Assembly: GCA_009914755.4 (NCBI GenBank)
Contig: CP086569.2
Coordinates: forward strand, 48,416,001-48,480,000
Source: the human T2T-CHM13v2.0 reference genome, Homo sapiens
Length of the DNA stretch: 64,000 bases
Direction of reading: 5' to 3'
The notes under the pieces are model-generated. The model was given only the letters and a program-made list of their open reading frames with translations. It was not told the DNA's origin and made no database searches. The translations under genes were made by a program, and so were the position numbers. Below are positions 58,732 to 64,000 of this stretch, in pieces. How positions within the stretch are numbered: position 1 is the first letter of the stretch; each line of letters opens with the position of its first letter.

Positions 58732-59294
58732 ATATTTTTTAAATGAAAAAAAATTTCAAAGGTACTCTGCTTGGTACAATAATCAAATGTATAAACTGAG
58801 GAATAAAACATAACCATGAAACCTACTTATAACTGCATATGGAAAATACAGAGGATAATTTTTTAAATAACGTATTATGAAAGCCTTAACTAGTAATTTG
58901 AAGAGTTGGCATTTGAAAGGCCAGTATGAATATACCTTCAAAGCAGCAACACAGGTTCCCCATGAGAAAAAGCAAACACAGGGAAAATAAAAACACAAAG
59001 GTTCAATCTCTTCTGACCTTTGAAAGACACAGCACAGACAGTGGTCCTTAGGACGAAGAGCAGGAGACCCCTAATTCCGTCACCATGGCGATAGGGCATA
59101 AACATTGCTGGGTGAGGGCACAATCCACATTGTGAGGTCCAACTGCTGCCAGGAAGACAGGAGTGCTTTTACATAGACCGAAAGGTCATTGAAGGCTCAG
59201 AGTTTTGTTTCAAGAACTGAATCCCAAGCCCACACGTTATTAGGCTGCGCTTCTTAAAACAAGTTATGAGATGGGAAAAAGGGCACCCACAAAC

Positions 59295-61153
<1,859 letters not shown>

Positions 61154-61716
61154 ATACTTTTTAAATGAAAAAAAATTTCAAAGGTACTCTGCTTGGTACA
61201 ATAATCAAATGTATATACTGAGGAATAAAACATAACCATGAAACCTACTTATAACTGCATATGGAAAATACAGAGGATAATTTTTTAAATAACATATTTT
61301 GAAAGCCTTAACTAGTAATTTGAAGAGTTGGCATTTGAAAGGCCAGTATGAATATACCTTCAAAGCAGCAACACAGGTTCCCCATGAGAAAAAGCAAACT
61401 CAGGGAAAATAAAAACACAAAGGTTCAATCTCTTCTGACCTTTGAAAGACACAGCACAGACAGTGGTCCTTAGGACGAAGAGCAGGAGACCCCTAATTCC
61501 GTCACCATGGCGATAGGGCATAAACATTGCTGGGTGAGGGCACAATCCACATTGTGAGGTCCAACTGCTGCCAGGAAGACAGGCGTGCTTTTACATAGAC
61601 CGAAAGGTCATTGAAGGCTCAGAGTTTTGTTTCAAGAACTGAATCCCAAGCCCACACGTTATTAGGCTGCGCTTCTTAAACCAAGTTATGAGATGGGAAA
61701 AAGGGCACCCACAACC

Positions 61717-63573
<1,857 letters not shown>

Positions 63574-64000
63574 ATACTTTTTAAATGAAAAAAAATTTCA
63601 AAGGTACTCTGCTTGGTACAATAATCAAATGTATACACTGAGGAATAAAACATAACCATGAAACCTACTTATAACTGCATATGGAAAATACAGAGGATAA
63701 TTTTTTAAATAACATATTTTGAAAGCCTTAACTAGTAATTTGAAGAGTTGGCATTTGAAAGGCCAGTATGAATATACCTTCAAAGCAGCAACACAGGTTC
63801 CCCATGAGAAAAAGCAAACTCAGGGAAAATAAAAACACAAAGGTTCAATCTCTTCTGACCTTTGAAAGACACAGCACAGACAGTGGTCCTTAGGACGAAG
63901 AGCAGGAGACCCCTAATTCCGTCACCATGGCGATAGGGCATAAACATTGCTGGGTGAGGGCACAATCCACATTGTGAGGTCCAACTGCTGCCAGGAAGAC

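Overview
This window is not prokaryotic and contains no credible protein-coding gene, RNA gene, CRISPR array or operon. The entire 64 kb is a single head-to-tail tandem (macrosatellite) array of primate origin. The unit length is about 2,413-2,422 bp and roughly 26.5 copies are visible; both window edges fall inside the array. The same landmark, the start of a 186-nt minus-strand ORF, recurs 27 times at that spacing.

Each unit has three parts, in plus-strand order:
- An antisense Alu (AluS/J-like, about 298 bp). It is 5'-truncated and carries an internal 17-18 bp duplication that every copy shares.
- A roughly 560 bp complex, non-low-complexity segment of unknown origin. This segment carries the recurring 61-codon ORF.
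- A roughly 1.56 kb block that is extremely AT-rich (by eye about 85-90% A+T), palindrome-rich and low in complexity.

The Alu is part of the unit, so a composite sequence that had already acquired an AluS/J element was amplified. The array is therefore primate-specific and younger than that insertion.

The units fall into subfamilies, defined by diagnostic positions in the Alu (type A 'gagtc/ggagtac/acatctg' versus type B 'gaatc/ggggtac/acttctg') and in the ORF (G-E, V-E and V-V variants). They are arranged as a mosaic. Type A dominates 1-17 kb, type B dominates 36-64 kb, and a mixed or recombinant zone lies between them.

The most striking internal structure is one very recent tandem duplication of a 9,680-bp, four-unit block. 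The copy at about 37.95-47.65 kb matches the copy at about 47.65-57.35 kb at more than 99.9% identity. This is a higher-order repeat in the making, produced by unequal exchange.

The repeat-borne ORFs of 61-71 aa are treated as non-coding by-products of repeat identity.
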